A stretch of DNA of 64,000 nucleotides from a virus (taxonomy: Duplodnaviria; Caudoviricetes): positions 47,213 through 111,212 of IMG/VR virus record IMGVR_UViG_3300028833_000006; one strand, 5' to 3'. Position numbers and translations under genes: made by a program. The notes beneath the pieces are model-generated. The model was not told where the DNA came from. It did not search any database and worked only from the letters and a program-made list of their open reading frames with translations. Position 1 is the stretch's first letter; the number at the start of each line of letters is the position of its first letter. Positions 38,080-47,918 of this stretch are shown in pieces.

Positions 38080-38856
38080 TCACTTCTTTGCATTAACCTT
38101 TTTACTTATTTTTTCCTTAGATATTGTTGATTTATTATCCTTACTTATTGCTTGATTCTTTGCAACACCTAACATATAAGCATTTACATGTATTCTTCCA
38201 CCAGAATCTTGTCTGACAGAATTTGGGTCGTATCTGAATACTGAATTATTATTCACAAGTACTTCATTTTCGCCATTATTAGATGATATGGGGTCAACGT
38301 ATGCACAATATCCTTTACTCTTAGGAATTGCTAAATGTATAATGAGACCACTACTTGATACACCCATACCTCTATCACCTGCACAAAAAGATAAAGCACC
38401 ATCATTTTGCAATACACCGCCACTAGCGTTTAAAAAATCCTTAACTTCATCAACTGTCATTTTTACACCCTTACGCTTACCAAACGGTCTAAAATCTGTC
38501 TCTCTTGTAACATTGATACCTTGCTTTAACTCAAACTTATTTATGGCATCATGCAAATTTTCAACTATTTGCCTATACTGATTAGACTCGGACAGATTTT
38601 CAAGTGGTGTGTTAAACATCATCTTATTTAACTCTCTATATAAACTGCCAGTATATCTCTCTACTGCATACAACTCATCGGAACTTAATCCGCTATTATT
38701 CTCATCATTTATCCACACGTTCTGATTTGAGTTTCTTGAGTTAGAAAACCAATCCACTGCCTCATCATAACTCTCAAAATCCTTAAAATCTCTAGATTGT
38801 GCCTTTAATTGTTGATAAGTTCCACCACTATTATTGGTTATACCATAACTACCCAT
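38080..38856 (-). CDS. ADP-ribosyltransferase (VIP2-like), Met-Gly start
   Basis: YT...Y..LN, I.V.R, GALS, GENEVLV; start MGSYG by RBS. Confidence 0.8.
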   Translation of the reverse strand: MGSYGITNNSGGTYQQLKAQSRDFKDFESYDEAVDWFSNSRNSNQNVWINDENNSGLSSDELYAVERYTGSLYRELNKMMFNTPLENLSESNQYRQIVENLHDAINKFELKQGINVTRETDFRPFGKRKGVKMTVDEVKDFLNASGGVLQNDGALSFCAGDRGMGVSSSGLIIHLAIPKSKGYCAYVDPISSNNGENEVLVNNNSVFRYDPNSVRQDSGGRIHVNAYMLGVAKNQAISKDNKSTISKEKISKKVNAKK

Positions 38857-38872
38857 GAACAATCACCTAAAA

Positions 38873-39016
38873 TCACTTAAATTTTCCAGACTTATTTTCC
38901 CACTGTATCTTATTAACATCTACTGGAACTGCCTTGCCCATAGAACCCCACCTTGCTTGACTCTTTGCTTTAGGTGTTGTTTTCTTCTTTGCTGTAGTGG
39001 TTTTTGTATTTGCCAT
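38873..39016 (-). CDS. 47-aa basic protein
   Basis: AAGGAG RBS; MANTKTTTAKKK. Confidence 0.5.
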   Translation of the reverse strand: MANTKTTTAKKKTTPKAKSQARWGSMGKAVPVDVNKIQWENKSGKFK

Positions 39017-39027
39017 AAAAATCTCCT

Positions 39028-39366
39028 TTATGTTAAACGCATATTCTCAATGTCAACCTTTTGAGATTCTTTAATCTTATTCCAAGTAGGATTATCTTTT
39101 GGTATCTCTTGCCCATTTACACTATACCATAAATCTCTTAGATATAATAATATCTGTATCTGCGAAAAGGACTTGAATAATTCTGTATTGACCATCTTGT
39201 CCTTTTCCGCATCATAGGTTGCTTGCTTTATGATATATTGCGTTATAGGTCTATTTTGGTCTTTGGAATAAAACTGAGATGTTGAGTAAAGGATATTATA
39301 TCCCCTACTATTCAATGCTCTTTGTAATCTATGTATATTAACACTATTACTTGCCATATATAACAC
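39028..39366 (-). CDS. Hypothetical protein
   Basis: LQRALN..G, QFYS, SQIQI...LRDLW; RBS. Confidence 0.6.
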   Translation of the reverse strand: MLYMASNSVNIHRLQRALNSRGYNILYSTSQFYSKDQNRPITQYIIKQATYDAEKDKMVNTELFKSFSQIQILLYLRDLWYSVNGQEIPKDNPTWNKIKESQKVDIENMRLT

Positions 39367-39517
39367 CTCACCTTTTATTATATGCTATATTTTAGGCTAA
39401 AACAACTTATTTTTACTCTGTCGCTTTCTCCATTTCTCAAAACATATTTTACCCATACCACGTTCTTTGGCTTCTTGATTTTTCAATCGCCTACCGCACA
39501 CTATACACCTCGTATAC

Positions 39518-39706
39518 TCAATCTCTTTGCTCACCAATTAATCCCTTTTCTATACAATCCCAATAAGCATGTACTAACACATGTGTCAATGCTTCGTCTA
39601 CTGATATCCCTCTAGAACTGACATATCTGTCAACATATCCCTTGAATATAGGCTTGTTTTCATACTCGCTCTTCCAATCAATAATTGTCTCAATCATATC
39701 ATACAC
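39518..39706 (-). CDS. Hypothetical protein
   Basis: F..YVDRY....ISV.EAL.H..V motif. Confidence 0.55.
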   Translation of the reverse strand: MYDMIETIIDWKSEYENKPIFKGYVDRYVSSRGISVDEALTHVLVHAYWDCIEKGLIGEQRD

Positions 39707-39711
39707 CGTCC

Positions 39712-40680
39712 TTATCTAAATATATTGATTAACACATACTGTAGTGCTGTATCTTCTGCTATCGTATCTTGCTTTATTCCAACTTCTACAGACCTAATTA
39801 ATTTTAATGCATTCACTAATTCTGTCAATGAGTATGCACCTATCTTTTTTTGAGTTCGCTTAACCTCCCAATCTTCTAATCCCGTAGTCCCTGCAATATC
39901 CGTAGATTTACATGATTGTACTTGCAACATCATTTTAAAATTGTTATATAACAATGTGAGCACACCAACAATAGAATCAGACATTGCTTGACAATCGTCA
40001 AGTAATTCATATGCATATGAAATATTGCCAGTGACAACATTGTCAATAAAATCAAAAACAACATTCTGTGACTCTTGCCATATAACACCACTATTCAACA
40101 AGTCCAATAATATACCCTCAATTGGTTTAGGCTCTTGCTTATCTCGTATATACTCTTCTCGATATGCTTTGATTTTGTCTATCTCTAACAATATTCTATC
40201 ATAACTATGGTCACAAGCATTTATTAATGCTCTACAATTCTTCTCGGACACTTCGCCCATCTCTCGTTGAATGTATGTCACTAACCATTCATCAGATATC
40301 CTGTCAAAAGTGACAACTCTGTCAATATCATTGAAATACTTATAAAACTTACTACGCTTATCTAACTTATTACACCATAATATAAGTATATTATCACCAA
40401 CTATAGACGATATCTTATCCCAACTCTTCTCGGCATTCATAAAATCATTATCATCTATACACACATAACAATATGACATTGGTGTCAAAAATGACTTAGT
40501 TGTCTTAGAGTATATCATAGAAACACTGTCTATATACTTCACTTGCTTTTCAGTAAATTTACCAATCTGTTCAACATATATCTGCTGTACTGTAATTTCA
40601 TCACCCGTGAATACATAGACGTTATCTAGTTCTCTATCCATTATATGTTTTCTAAGAGTTACAACGTCCATTATTCCCAC
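39712..40680 (-). CDS. holA: Clamp loader delta subunit (HolA-like)
   Basis: VYVFTG.E, LDKRSKFYK, EIDKI, VFDF.D motifs. Confidence 0.75.
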   Translation of the reverse strand: MGIMDVVTLRKHIMDRELDNVYVFTGDEITVQQIYVEQIGKFTEKQVKYIDSVSMIYSKTTKSFLTPMSYCYVCIDDNDFMNAEKSWDKISSIVGDNILILWCNKLDKRSKFYKYFNDIDRVVTFDRISDEWLVTYIQREMGEVSEKNCRALINACDHSYDRILLEIDKIKAYREEYIRDKQEPKPIEGILLDLLNSGVIWQESQNVVFDFIDNVVTGNISYAYELLDDCQAMSDSIVGVLTLLYNNFKMMLQVQSCKSTDIAGTTGLEDWEVKRTQKKIGAYSLTELVNALKLIRSVEVGIKQDTIAEDTALQYVLINIFR

Positions 40681-40903
40681 CTATATTCAACTCTGTGTTG
40701 TCCATGATATTCAACAACAACTCCCTATATCCACTCAATAACATATTTGCTTTACACCAATCTAAGTTTGGTATCCGCTCCATGTTCTCTTGCTTTATCT
40801 TTTCAGATACTTCATTAATATCTAATATGGTCAACATAGCATCTGTTGCTGTCATATACACCTCACATCCAATTCTGTCTAATATCCAAAAGCCACATAT
40901 CAA
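40652..40903 (-). CDS. Hypothetical protein
   Basis: Between clamp-loader genes; probable start MTATD. Confidence 0.45.
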   Translation of the reverse strand: MICGFWILDRIGCEVYMTATDAMLTILDINEVSEKIKQENMERIPNLDWCKANMLLSGYRELLLNIMDNTELNIGGNNGRCNS

Positions 40904-41720
40904 ACAAACTTGATTTATTCAAAGATGGCACTTGTAATTCCTGTAAATACTTACTAGTTATACTAACACCTAATGCATAATTCAAAGTATTTTCATTGGT
41001 ATCATTTTTCTTCACATCTGACTGTAATCTGACAAAACATTCACTCATAAATGCCTTTAAGAATAGTCGTAAATCATATTTATCACTCTCACCCTTAAAT
41101 GCCAATTTATTACCAATCTTAAATGAATTAGCACCACTCACAACTGCGATATTATCAATCACCTTATCAATATATGTCTTAAATTCTACAACACCTTGGG
41201 ATAGCATTAAATCAATATCGCCAGGAGTCTCACATATACTTAACAAAATATTAATGACATTGGTGTCATTAATGTCTGGGTGTGCGTACTCAACATATTC
41301 TCTCAACTCACTCTCCGTATAAATATCCATTGAATACACAAATCCACGACTAATCAATGTCGGTAATATCTGCTCCCTATTCTCTACTGTGAAAATCCAA
41401 TATGCATTATTTGGCGGCTCTTCTGTCACCTTCAATAACGCATTCTGTGACGCTACTCTTAATGCTCCAGCATTTGGTATAAGGTATACTGTTGGTCTTA
41501 CAATATCATATGATTGCTGGATAATATCTTTAATATTCGCTGTTGTACCATCACTCACAATTAACTGTGCATCTAATTTTTCTGCTACTCTTTCAGAAAT
41601 AGTTTGTCTACCACTTCCTTTTGCACCAACTAAAATAATAAATCTCGGCAATGTGTTTTGTGATATATCAGCATACAATTTCTGCTGTATATCCTTTTGC
41701 CCTATAACTACTCTCATCAC
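40863..41720 (-). CDS. holB: Clamp loader delta-prime subunit (HolB-like)
   Basis: G.KGSGR, SQNALLKVTEEPP, ILPTLISR. Confidence 0.75.
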   Translation of the reverse strand: MMRVVIGQKDIQQKLYADISQNTLPRFIILVGAKGSGRQTISERVAEKLDAQLIVSDGTTANIKDIIQQSYDIVRPTVYLIPNAGALRVASQNALLKVTEEPPNNAYWIFTVENREQILPTLISRGFVYSMDIYTESELREYVEYAHPDINDTNVINILLSICETPGDIDLMLSQGVVEFKTYIDKVIDNIAVVSGANSFKIGNKLAFKGESDKYDLRLFLKAFMSECFVRLQSDVKKNDTNENTLNYALGVSITSKYLQELQVPSLNKSSLFDMWLLDIRQNWM

Positions 41721-42751
41721 TCACTCCTATTCATGAACAATAACAATTCTGCCTCCAATACAGACCTAGGATTGGTCTCCCAACGCATACCCCCATTCAC
41801 CTTAACTATCACATCTAATAGTTTATAAAATGTCTGATAATCCTTATCTGTATAGTTATCTAAATCCGTTTTATGAGTGTTTGGTATTTTTATATATTTA
41901 AAGTTTTTATATAGACTATACTTACATACATCTAACAGCATATCAGTAAAATTCTTAATAAACTGTTTCATATCAGCACCATTCTGATATACCGTATCTA
42001 TGCACTCTAACGCTTTTATGACATCTCTGTCATTTATTGCGTTAAGCATAGTAAACATGGTGTCATAATCGGCTATACCAAGTGCTTTTAGAACATTATC
42101 AATCGTAAGTTGCTCCGAATAACCAAGACACTTCTCAAGTAAAGTAATTGCATCACGCATACCGCCATCTGCCAAACGACTGACATAATCAATAGCATCA
42201 ATATTACTCTCATCAACCACAATACCCTCATTTGCAAGAATATACTGTAATCTATGCATAATACCTTGCTGTGATATTCTCTTCAAATCGTACCTCTGGA
42301 CTCTTGAAAGAATAGTCTTCGGTATCTTCTCTGGATTAGTAGTACACAAGATGAATATAGCCTTAAGCGGTGGCTCTTCAAGTGTTTTCAACAATGCCTG
42401 AAATGCTTGTGAACTCAACGAGTGGACTTCATCTATTAGAAATATCTTATACTCACTATCAATAGATTGTGTCTTTGCTTGATTTATTATCTCTCTGATA
42501 TTTTCAACACTACTATTACTAGCGGCATCAAGTTCTATAATATTCCCTCGGTGATTATTTATCTCAGCACCGAATAGGCGGCCCATTGTTGTTTTCCCAG
42601 TGCCCTGAGAACCTGTCAATAAATATGCTGGCTTATAATTCTTAGACTTCAATTGATTTGAAAGTATCGTTTTTATCTCATCTTGCTCCACCACCTCACT
42701 CATAGATTGTGGTCTATATTTTGTTGCCAAACTCCTTGTATTATTAATCAT
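41717..42751 (-). CDS. dnaX: Clamp loader gamma/tau subunit (DnaX-like)
   Basis: LATKYRP, GTGKTT, ELDAASN, IDEVH, ALLKTLEEPP, GGMRDA. Confidence 0.9.
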   Translation of the reverse strand: MINNTRSLATKYRPQSMSEVVEQDEIKTILSNQLKSKNYKPAYLLTGSQGTGKTTMGRLFGAEINNHRGNIIELDAASNSSVENIREIINQAKTQSIDSEYKIFLIDEVHSLSSQAFQALLKTLEEPPLKAIFILCTTNPEKIPKTILSRVQRYDLKRISQQGIMHRLQYILANEGIVVDESNIDAIDYVSRLADGGMRDAITLLEKCLGYSEQLTIDNVLKALGIADYDTMFTMLNAINDRDVIKALECIDTVYQNGADMKQFIKNFTDMLLDVCKYSLYKNFKYIKIPNTHKTDLDNYTDKDYQTFYKLLDVIVKVNGGMRWETNPRSVLEAELLLFMNRSE

Positions 42752-43068
42752 TTATTTTCTCCCATGTAATCTATTTCTGACTGTATATCCTTTATTTTAT
42801 CCTGTAGTGATTTTATCCTTTTCTGTCGTTTATATACTTCCAACTCTTTTGTATAATCCTTATTTATAAGTTCTTCAACGGTTATCCCTAAATACTGAGT
42901 AATCGTGTATATCACATTAAATGTGTATCTATGTTTTCTGCTAAAATATCCTTGTGATACATCCGCTAAAGATTCAAATATACCTAATGGAATACCACGT
43001 ATCTTTGATATTGCTTTTAAATTCTTATAGATTATCTCTGAATAATCTTGTGCTAACTGCTTTCTCAT
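42748..43068 (-). CDS. HTH (XRE-like) DNA-binding protein
   Basis: E..A.VSQGYFSR...I..YLGITVEELI. Confidence 0.55.
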   Translation of the reverse strand: MRKQLAQDYSEIIYKNLKAISKIRGIPLGIFESLADVSQGYFSRKHRYTFNVIYTITQYLGITVEELINKDYTKELEVYKRQKRIKSLQDKIKDIQSEIDYMGENK

Positions 43069-43073
43069 CTGTA

Positions 43074-43292
43074 TTATCCACCGTAATGCTCTTCATCAAC
43101 ATTCTCTCTTATCACTGCCTTACCTTGTTTTAATCTAACTGACAACTCTGTCAGTAATGCAATATCATATTTCAATCTATCTGGATTTTCTAAGAATTGC
43201 TTGGTTAGATTAAAATCAGCATTATCCAATGATTTTTCTATGGCTAATGCTGTTTCTATCATTCGTATATATTTATTTGTTACATCCATCAT
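43074..43292 (-). CDS. Hypothetical protein
   Basis: RBS. Confidence 0.5.
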   Translation of the reverse strand: MMDVTNKYIRMIETALAIEKSLDNADFNLTKQFLENPDRLKYDIALLTELSVRLKQGKAVIRENVDEEHYGG

Positions 43293-43633
43293 ATATGTAA
43301 ATCACCCCATATTATTTTTAGAAAGGACACCATACTGCATTCTCGCATTCCTATATGATGAGCGTGTTCGTGATACACAGGAAATGATGCATTACACACG
43401 ACCGCTGAAACCTTGTATGAAATCCGCAACCCTAGTGGTGTTGGGAAATACCTAACTACGTAGTATAGGACAACTTCGGAATTACCTATAACCTATACAT
43501 GCTAAATCGCTTTATCGAAACCGTCCGTATCTCACTTAGTGCACACAACGTCTTGAATGCACATGTACGGCTTAATCTTCTCAAAAAGTTTTTCTATCAA
43601 TGTTGTCATTATAACATTCTATACAATGTTTTG

Positions 43634-43930
43634 TCAACCCAAAACTTGCTTTAATTCCTTTAAATATGTCTGTATATTTATTAGAGTAGGCTCTTGTTGT
43701 GATGCTAAATCTATCACGTAATTTACCTGCTCTAACTTCCGCTCTGCGGCTAATGTTCGCCTATCCAACTCCTTATACAAATCAGTAGTTCTTAAATTTG
43801 CAAGCACTATCAGTTTCTCATCTTCACTTAATCCCAATGTCCTATTCTGTATTTCCTCTATCTCCATAGGGCTTAACTTCTTATCAATCATTTGCACTAT
43901 CCTCTCTGTCGTCACCACCAAATAAATCAC
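43634..43930 (-). CDS. Hypothetical protein
   Basis: Probable start MIDKK. Confidence 0.5.
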   Translation of the reverse strand: MIYLVVTTERIVQMIDKKLSPMEIEEIQNRTLGLSEDEKLIVLANLRTTDLYKELDRRTLAAERKLEQVNYVIDLASQQEPTLINIQTYLKELKQVLG

Positions 43931-44102
43931 TTACAGACATATCAAAAAAATTTGCAATCTTTTTGATAAACCCAAAATTCAAACTATCCCAATTCTCTAC
44001 TCTACTTATATATCCAACGGAACAACCAATGGCTGTCTCTAAATCGCTCATCTTCAACTTGCGCTCTTTCAACATTGCCTTTATTCTCTCATAAACACCC
44101 AT
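43884..44102 (-). CDS. XRE-family HTH transcription regulator
   Basis: ERIK..LKER....LE..IG.S.GYISR...KIANFF.MSV..L. Confidence 0.75.
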   Translation of the reverse strand: MGVYERIKAMLKERKLKMSDLETAIGCSVGYISRVENWDSLNFGFIKKIANFFDMSVSDLFGGDDREDSAND

Positions 44103-44111
44103 ACTATCACC

Positions 44112-44456
44112 TCAACTCTCACTCAAATGCTCAACAAGTATCTTAAACAATCTCTCATCTATGACATAATAGTTCTCGCTACCTTCGCCATAATTAAAAC
44201 ATAATGCTGAATATTCTTTACCAGTCTCAAACGCTTCTTCTCTGTTCTTCTTTAGCCACTCGTGCTTTATAGCAAAGGATTTTTTCTCCTCAATACATGT
44301 CTTACACTCTATCAAAAATATATTACTGACAGCAACGTCACCACCAACAAATTTAGCCGCACCACTATTCGGAACTGTTTTTCCACCAAGTGTCTTAGCA
44401 ACCTTTTTTTCCATATTACTTGAATAAAATCTTGTGGGTCTTCTTTTATTGTCCAA
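44112..44456 (-). CDS. PD-(D/E)xK nuclease, Holliday-junction-resolvase-like
   Basis: E..VA..LGG...PNSGA, GDV, IECK. Confidence 0.7.
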   Translation of the reverse strand: MDNKRRPTRFYSSNMEKKVAKTLGGKTVPNSGAAKFVGGDVAVSNIFLIECKTCIEEKKSFAIKHEWLKKNREEAFETGKEYSALCFNYGEGSENYYVIDERLFKILVEHLSES

Positions 44457-44647
44457 TAATTTACCCTCACTTCTTTACGAGTATATATCCATTTGATAAT
44501 GCCTTTAGCACACAATCTAATGCATCATAAACATCTTTTGTTATTTTAATATTCACCATTTCAGTATCTACGGTCGGAACGGTCTGCATACGCAACTGAT
44601 TACAAGCCCACTCCAAACTATCTTCCCATTTACTATGTGCTAACATA

Positions 44648-44842
44648 TCACACCACCTCCGCATTCTCAAATACAACACCATTGCCCAAACTTCTAGCAA
44701 CTTCTATTGCTCTATCTATGGTCTCATATGTACCATAGAACCAAAACTCAGCACTATCTGCTCTAGCAACTGTATATGGCTCTAGTTCATAACTCGGGAA
44801 ATTCTTTAATGTCACTTCTGTCTTAATTTTCTTATTTGCCAT
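44648..44842 (-). CDS. Hypothetical protein
   Basis: VAR......WFYG.Y....A motif. Confidence 0.55.
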   Translation of the reverse strand: MANKKIKTEVTLKNFPSYELEPYTVARADSAEFWFYGTYETIDRAIEVARSLGNGVVFENAEVV

Positions 44843-44994
44843 GCTACTCTTCCTCCAATAATTTCTTTAACGTGTCAGCATCTATCTTCAATAATTTTGC
44901 ACTATCGACCAAATTATCAAAATCACAATCCTCAATAATATCATATGCTTGTGTCTTGCTCATTCTCCTATCGTTGCACAAAATACTTGCAATC

Positions 44995-45621
44995 TTAATT
45001 CTCTGATATGGTGTTGTCATCTACTTCCTCACATTCCTTTATTGCCGATTTGGGTATCCACCCAACCCAATGTATATTAACTAACTGCTCTGCTATACTA
45101 TCAACATCATCAACATCTGCCACAATACCAACTTTATGTATACACTCTATACCCAATCCGTATTTTCTACTAACGGGATTTGATAATGTCTTACCACAAC
45201 GCATACAACGGATTATAGGTAATGCTTCACCTTTTAAAGACATTTTAACCATACCCTTTGTTTGCTCCAATACCTCACCAACCATATTGACTAATGGCAT
45301 GGGATTATCATTATTCCATTTAGCCATAAAATCAAATTCTAACGTGGCTTTTTTGGTCATATAACTCTTTACGAATATGCGGTATACATTTCCATTAACA
45401 AACTCATTAGAATTAGTTTTTGGGGCAATTTTAATGGGTTCTGCGCTAGGCTGAGTACCAGTAATATCTACTGGTACTCTCCTAGGCTGTACGCTATGCT
45501 TAAGAGATATCGTTTGACTTTTAGTAAAGTCAATATCGTCAACACTGACAGCAATGTCATTTATCTCAATTGACCCACCCCAACTTGATATTGAATTTTT
45601 CAAAATCTCCAACTCATTCAT
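44995..45621 (-). CDS. Zinc-finger protein
   Basis: CMRCGKTLSNPVSRKYGLGIEC and WIPKS. Confidence 0.6.
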   Translation of the reverse strand: MNELEILKNSISSWGGSIEINDIAVSVDDIDFTKSQTISLKHSVQPRRVPVDITGTQPSAEPIKIAPKTNSNEFVNGNVYRIFVKSYMTKKATLEFDFMAKWNNDNPMPLVNMVGEVLEQTKGMVKMSLKGEALPIIRCMRCGKTLSNPVSRKYGLGIECIHKVGIVADVDDVDSIAEQLVNIHWVGWIPKSAIKECEEVDDNTISEN

Positions 45622-45823
45622 CAAATATCTTCTCCGATAATGTGCATAGTGCATCCGTAACTACTATACCTATTACATTTATAGCCATTGGCGATATGTT
45701 TACACCATCTTTCTCAGCGCATTCTGCACTGTGTGCTAACCTCGATACTACCTCATCTATAGTATCTTCAATGTAATCCGATAATGTATTTTCGCTCAAC
45801 AAAACAGTCCTATCAGTATTCAC
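45614..45823 (-). CDS. Hypothetical protein
   Basis: ORF packing. Confidence 0.5.
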   Translation of the reverse strand: MNTDRTVLLSENTLSDYIEDTIDEVVSRLAHSAECAEKDGVNISPMAINVIGIVVTDALCTLSEKIFDE

Positions 45824-46305
45824 TACTTTTTATTCTCCCTCGGTAAAACTGCGACAGGTCTTTCTGACTGCTTAGGCATCTTCTCAAGTATCTGCATCAT
45901 AACATTGCCAAGTCTATTGATTGACAACTCTATATTCTTTAACTGCTCGGCTATCTCTGAATTATTTGCTATTGTTGTCTCATCATTCTTGACAGTATTG
46001 TCAGTAGGTGTGCCATATCTAGGTACTTTATAAATATCTTTGAGATGGAATATTTCAAGTATCTTATCATAAAAATCTACGGTCACTCTACCAACACTAA
46101 TATATTCAGTAGTGTCGAACACCTTATCAACTTCTTCCTTATATCTCACATAACTTGTTCTCATATTGCTAAATACTGAATCATTCATACCATTCAGTAC
46201 ACACTGTTTTGACATTACAAGCCCATTTGCATGACAATATGCAAGAACATCACTCCTCAATCTTGCTTCATCAACTATTACTACAGGTCTTTTTCCCACG
46301 TTCAT
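45823..46305 (-). CDS. Hypothetical protein
   Basis: AGGAGG RBS. Confidence 0.6.
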   Translation of the reverse strand: MNVGKRPVVIVDEARLRSDVLAYCHANGLVMSKQCVLNGMNDSVFSNMRTSYVRYKEEVDKVFDTTEYISVGRVTVDFYDKILEIFHLKDIYKVPRYGTPTDNTVKNDETTIANNSEIAEQLKNIELSINRLGNVMMQILEKMPKQSERPVAVLPRENKK

Positions 46306-46321
46306 CTTTAATCCTCCTTAA

Positions 46322-46534
46322 TTATTTCAAAATGTAATTTGCGTACTGACAAGTGTTTCCGTTACGGTCTTTAGTTACCTCAATCCTAGTCTCAATGTCA
46401 TATCCATCCTCTCTAAGATTGAATATTATGGATGACAACCTTGTTGCCCCATACTGCTGAATTGCTTCCCAAGATGTAATACTACCCTTGTCCTTTAAGT
46501 GCTCAAGCACTTGCTGTGTTTTCGTTACTCGCAT
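46322..46534 (-). CDS. Winged-helix DNA-binding protein
   Basis: VL.HL...GSIT..EA...YG.TRLS..I..LR..GY.I. Confidence 0.7.
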   Translation of the reverse strand: MRVTKTQQVLEHLKDKGSITSWEAIQQYGATRLSSIIFNLREDGYDIETRIEVTKDRNGNTCQYANYILK

Positions 46535-46557
46535 TTTGTTACCCTCCTTTATTTAAC

Positions 46558-46758
46558 TTACACACCTATTCCACGGTCTGCATCTGATACTATCTCATCT
46601 ACGTACCACGTAAGACCGTCAAGAACAATATTATCACCAACATTGAGTATCTTATTGGAATTTAACTCATTCCTATACTCATCACTTCTTGTGTTGGCTC
46701 TCTCACTTGAAATAATGTACTTTGCTCTAAACTTCATTTTGGTCTCTCCTTTCTTCAA
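46558..46758 (-). CDS. Hypothetical protein
   Basis: AAAGGAG RBS before MKFRA; promoter at about 46795-46858. Confidence 0.5.
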   Translation of the reverse strand: MKKGETKMKFRAKYIISSERANTRSDEYRNELNSNKILNVGDNIVLDGLTWYVDEIVSDADRGIGV

Positions 46759-46895
46759 TACCTATAAGCACCTCTCAAAACTATGTGTTTTTCAGTACCA
46801 TAGTTATATTATCATAGTATATAATGTTTTGTCAACAAAAAATTGAGATATTTTTCAATTTTTTTTCAAATCTCAAAAACATCCCAATTTTAAGC

Positions 46896-47918
46896 CTATT
46901 CTATGGTGTGTATTTTCTCATCTATCTTATTCTCAATCATCTTGAGTACATCTGTATGTTCTTCAAGATACTCGTATACCTTATTCACCCCCTGCACTTT
47001 GGCTAACTCTTCTCCAGTCTCCGTATCAACTATAGCATACCAAGCACCGCTTTTAACTATCATATCCTCTTTAATAGATACTTCAACTAAATCCTTAAAG
47101 TAATCAATGCCATTGAGATAATTAAGTGTATAAAAACCTTGTCTCCTTAATGGTGGACATGTCTTATTCTTAACCATAGTAGCCATTACATAATTACCTG
47201 CTGGATTTTCTGCACCTTTTGTAAGGTCATTCCCATTAGCATCAAAATACTTACCCATTCTAAACTCAATTCTGACACTTGTGTCATGTTTCCAACCACG
47301 ACCACCAACAGTCTTCGTACCACCGAACATACTATCCAAATCGTCTCTCAACTGATTTATACCAATAAATGTACAATTATGCCTATGACACAATCCAACC
47401 GCTTTAGCACTAAAATTAGTAAGTGCCATTGCTATACCGCCATATGTCCTTTCTGCAACTGACTTCTCCATTGCTTGATTAGATACCATTACACCCAAAC
47501 TATCGAGCACTACAAGCCCAACATCACCAGTATCTATCATGTCAAGAATAAATTGGAATATCTCTTCTGCGCCTTGATTAGTAGGCTGTAATAATATCAA
47601 ATCCTCAACACTGACATTTAATTTACTCGCCCATACAAAATCAAGTGTATTCTCGCAATCTACCCATAATACCCTTCTTGCACCATCCATACACTGATAA
47701 TTTGCAACAATATCAAGTGATGAACTGCTTTTGCCACTATGCTCAGGGCCAGAAAACTCAATCAACTTACCCACAGGTAAACCACCATATGTCATATAGT
47801 TCAACCTCGGACTTGTGAATGGTATTCTATCATAGTCATATTTCGGTAAACCATTATGCACCAAATCTTCTTTAAATTTCTTGTTAAAGTCTTTCATTAC
47901 CTCATCAATACTTGCCAT
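46896..47918 (-). CDS. recA: RecA-family recombinase
   Basis: GGLPVGKLIEFSGPEHSGKS, VVLDS, INQLR, VKNK. Confidence 0.9.
   Translation of the reverse strand: MASIDEVMKDFNKKFKEDLVHNGLPKYDYDRIPFTSPRLNYMTYGGLPVGKLIEFSGPEHSGKSSSSLDIVANYQCMDGARRVLWVDCENTLDFVWASKLNVSVEDLILLQPTNQGAEEIFQFILDMIDTGDVGLVVLDSLGVMVSNQAMEKSVAERTYGGIAMALTNFSAKAVGLCHRHNCTFIGINQLRDDLDSMFGGTKTVGGRGWKHDTSVRIEFRMGKYFDANGNDLTKGAENPAGNYVMATMVKNKTCPPLRRQGFYTLNYLNGIDYFKDLVEVSIKEDMIVKSGAWYAIVDTETGEELAKVQGVNKVYEYLEEHTDVLKMIENKIDEKIHTIE

Noticed and set aside
43352-43396. Hammerhead ribozyme on the plus strand (ATGATGAG...GAAA)
   Set aside because: Core lacks the C of CUGAUGA and stems II and III pair poorly.
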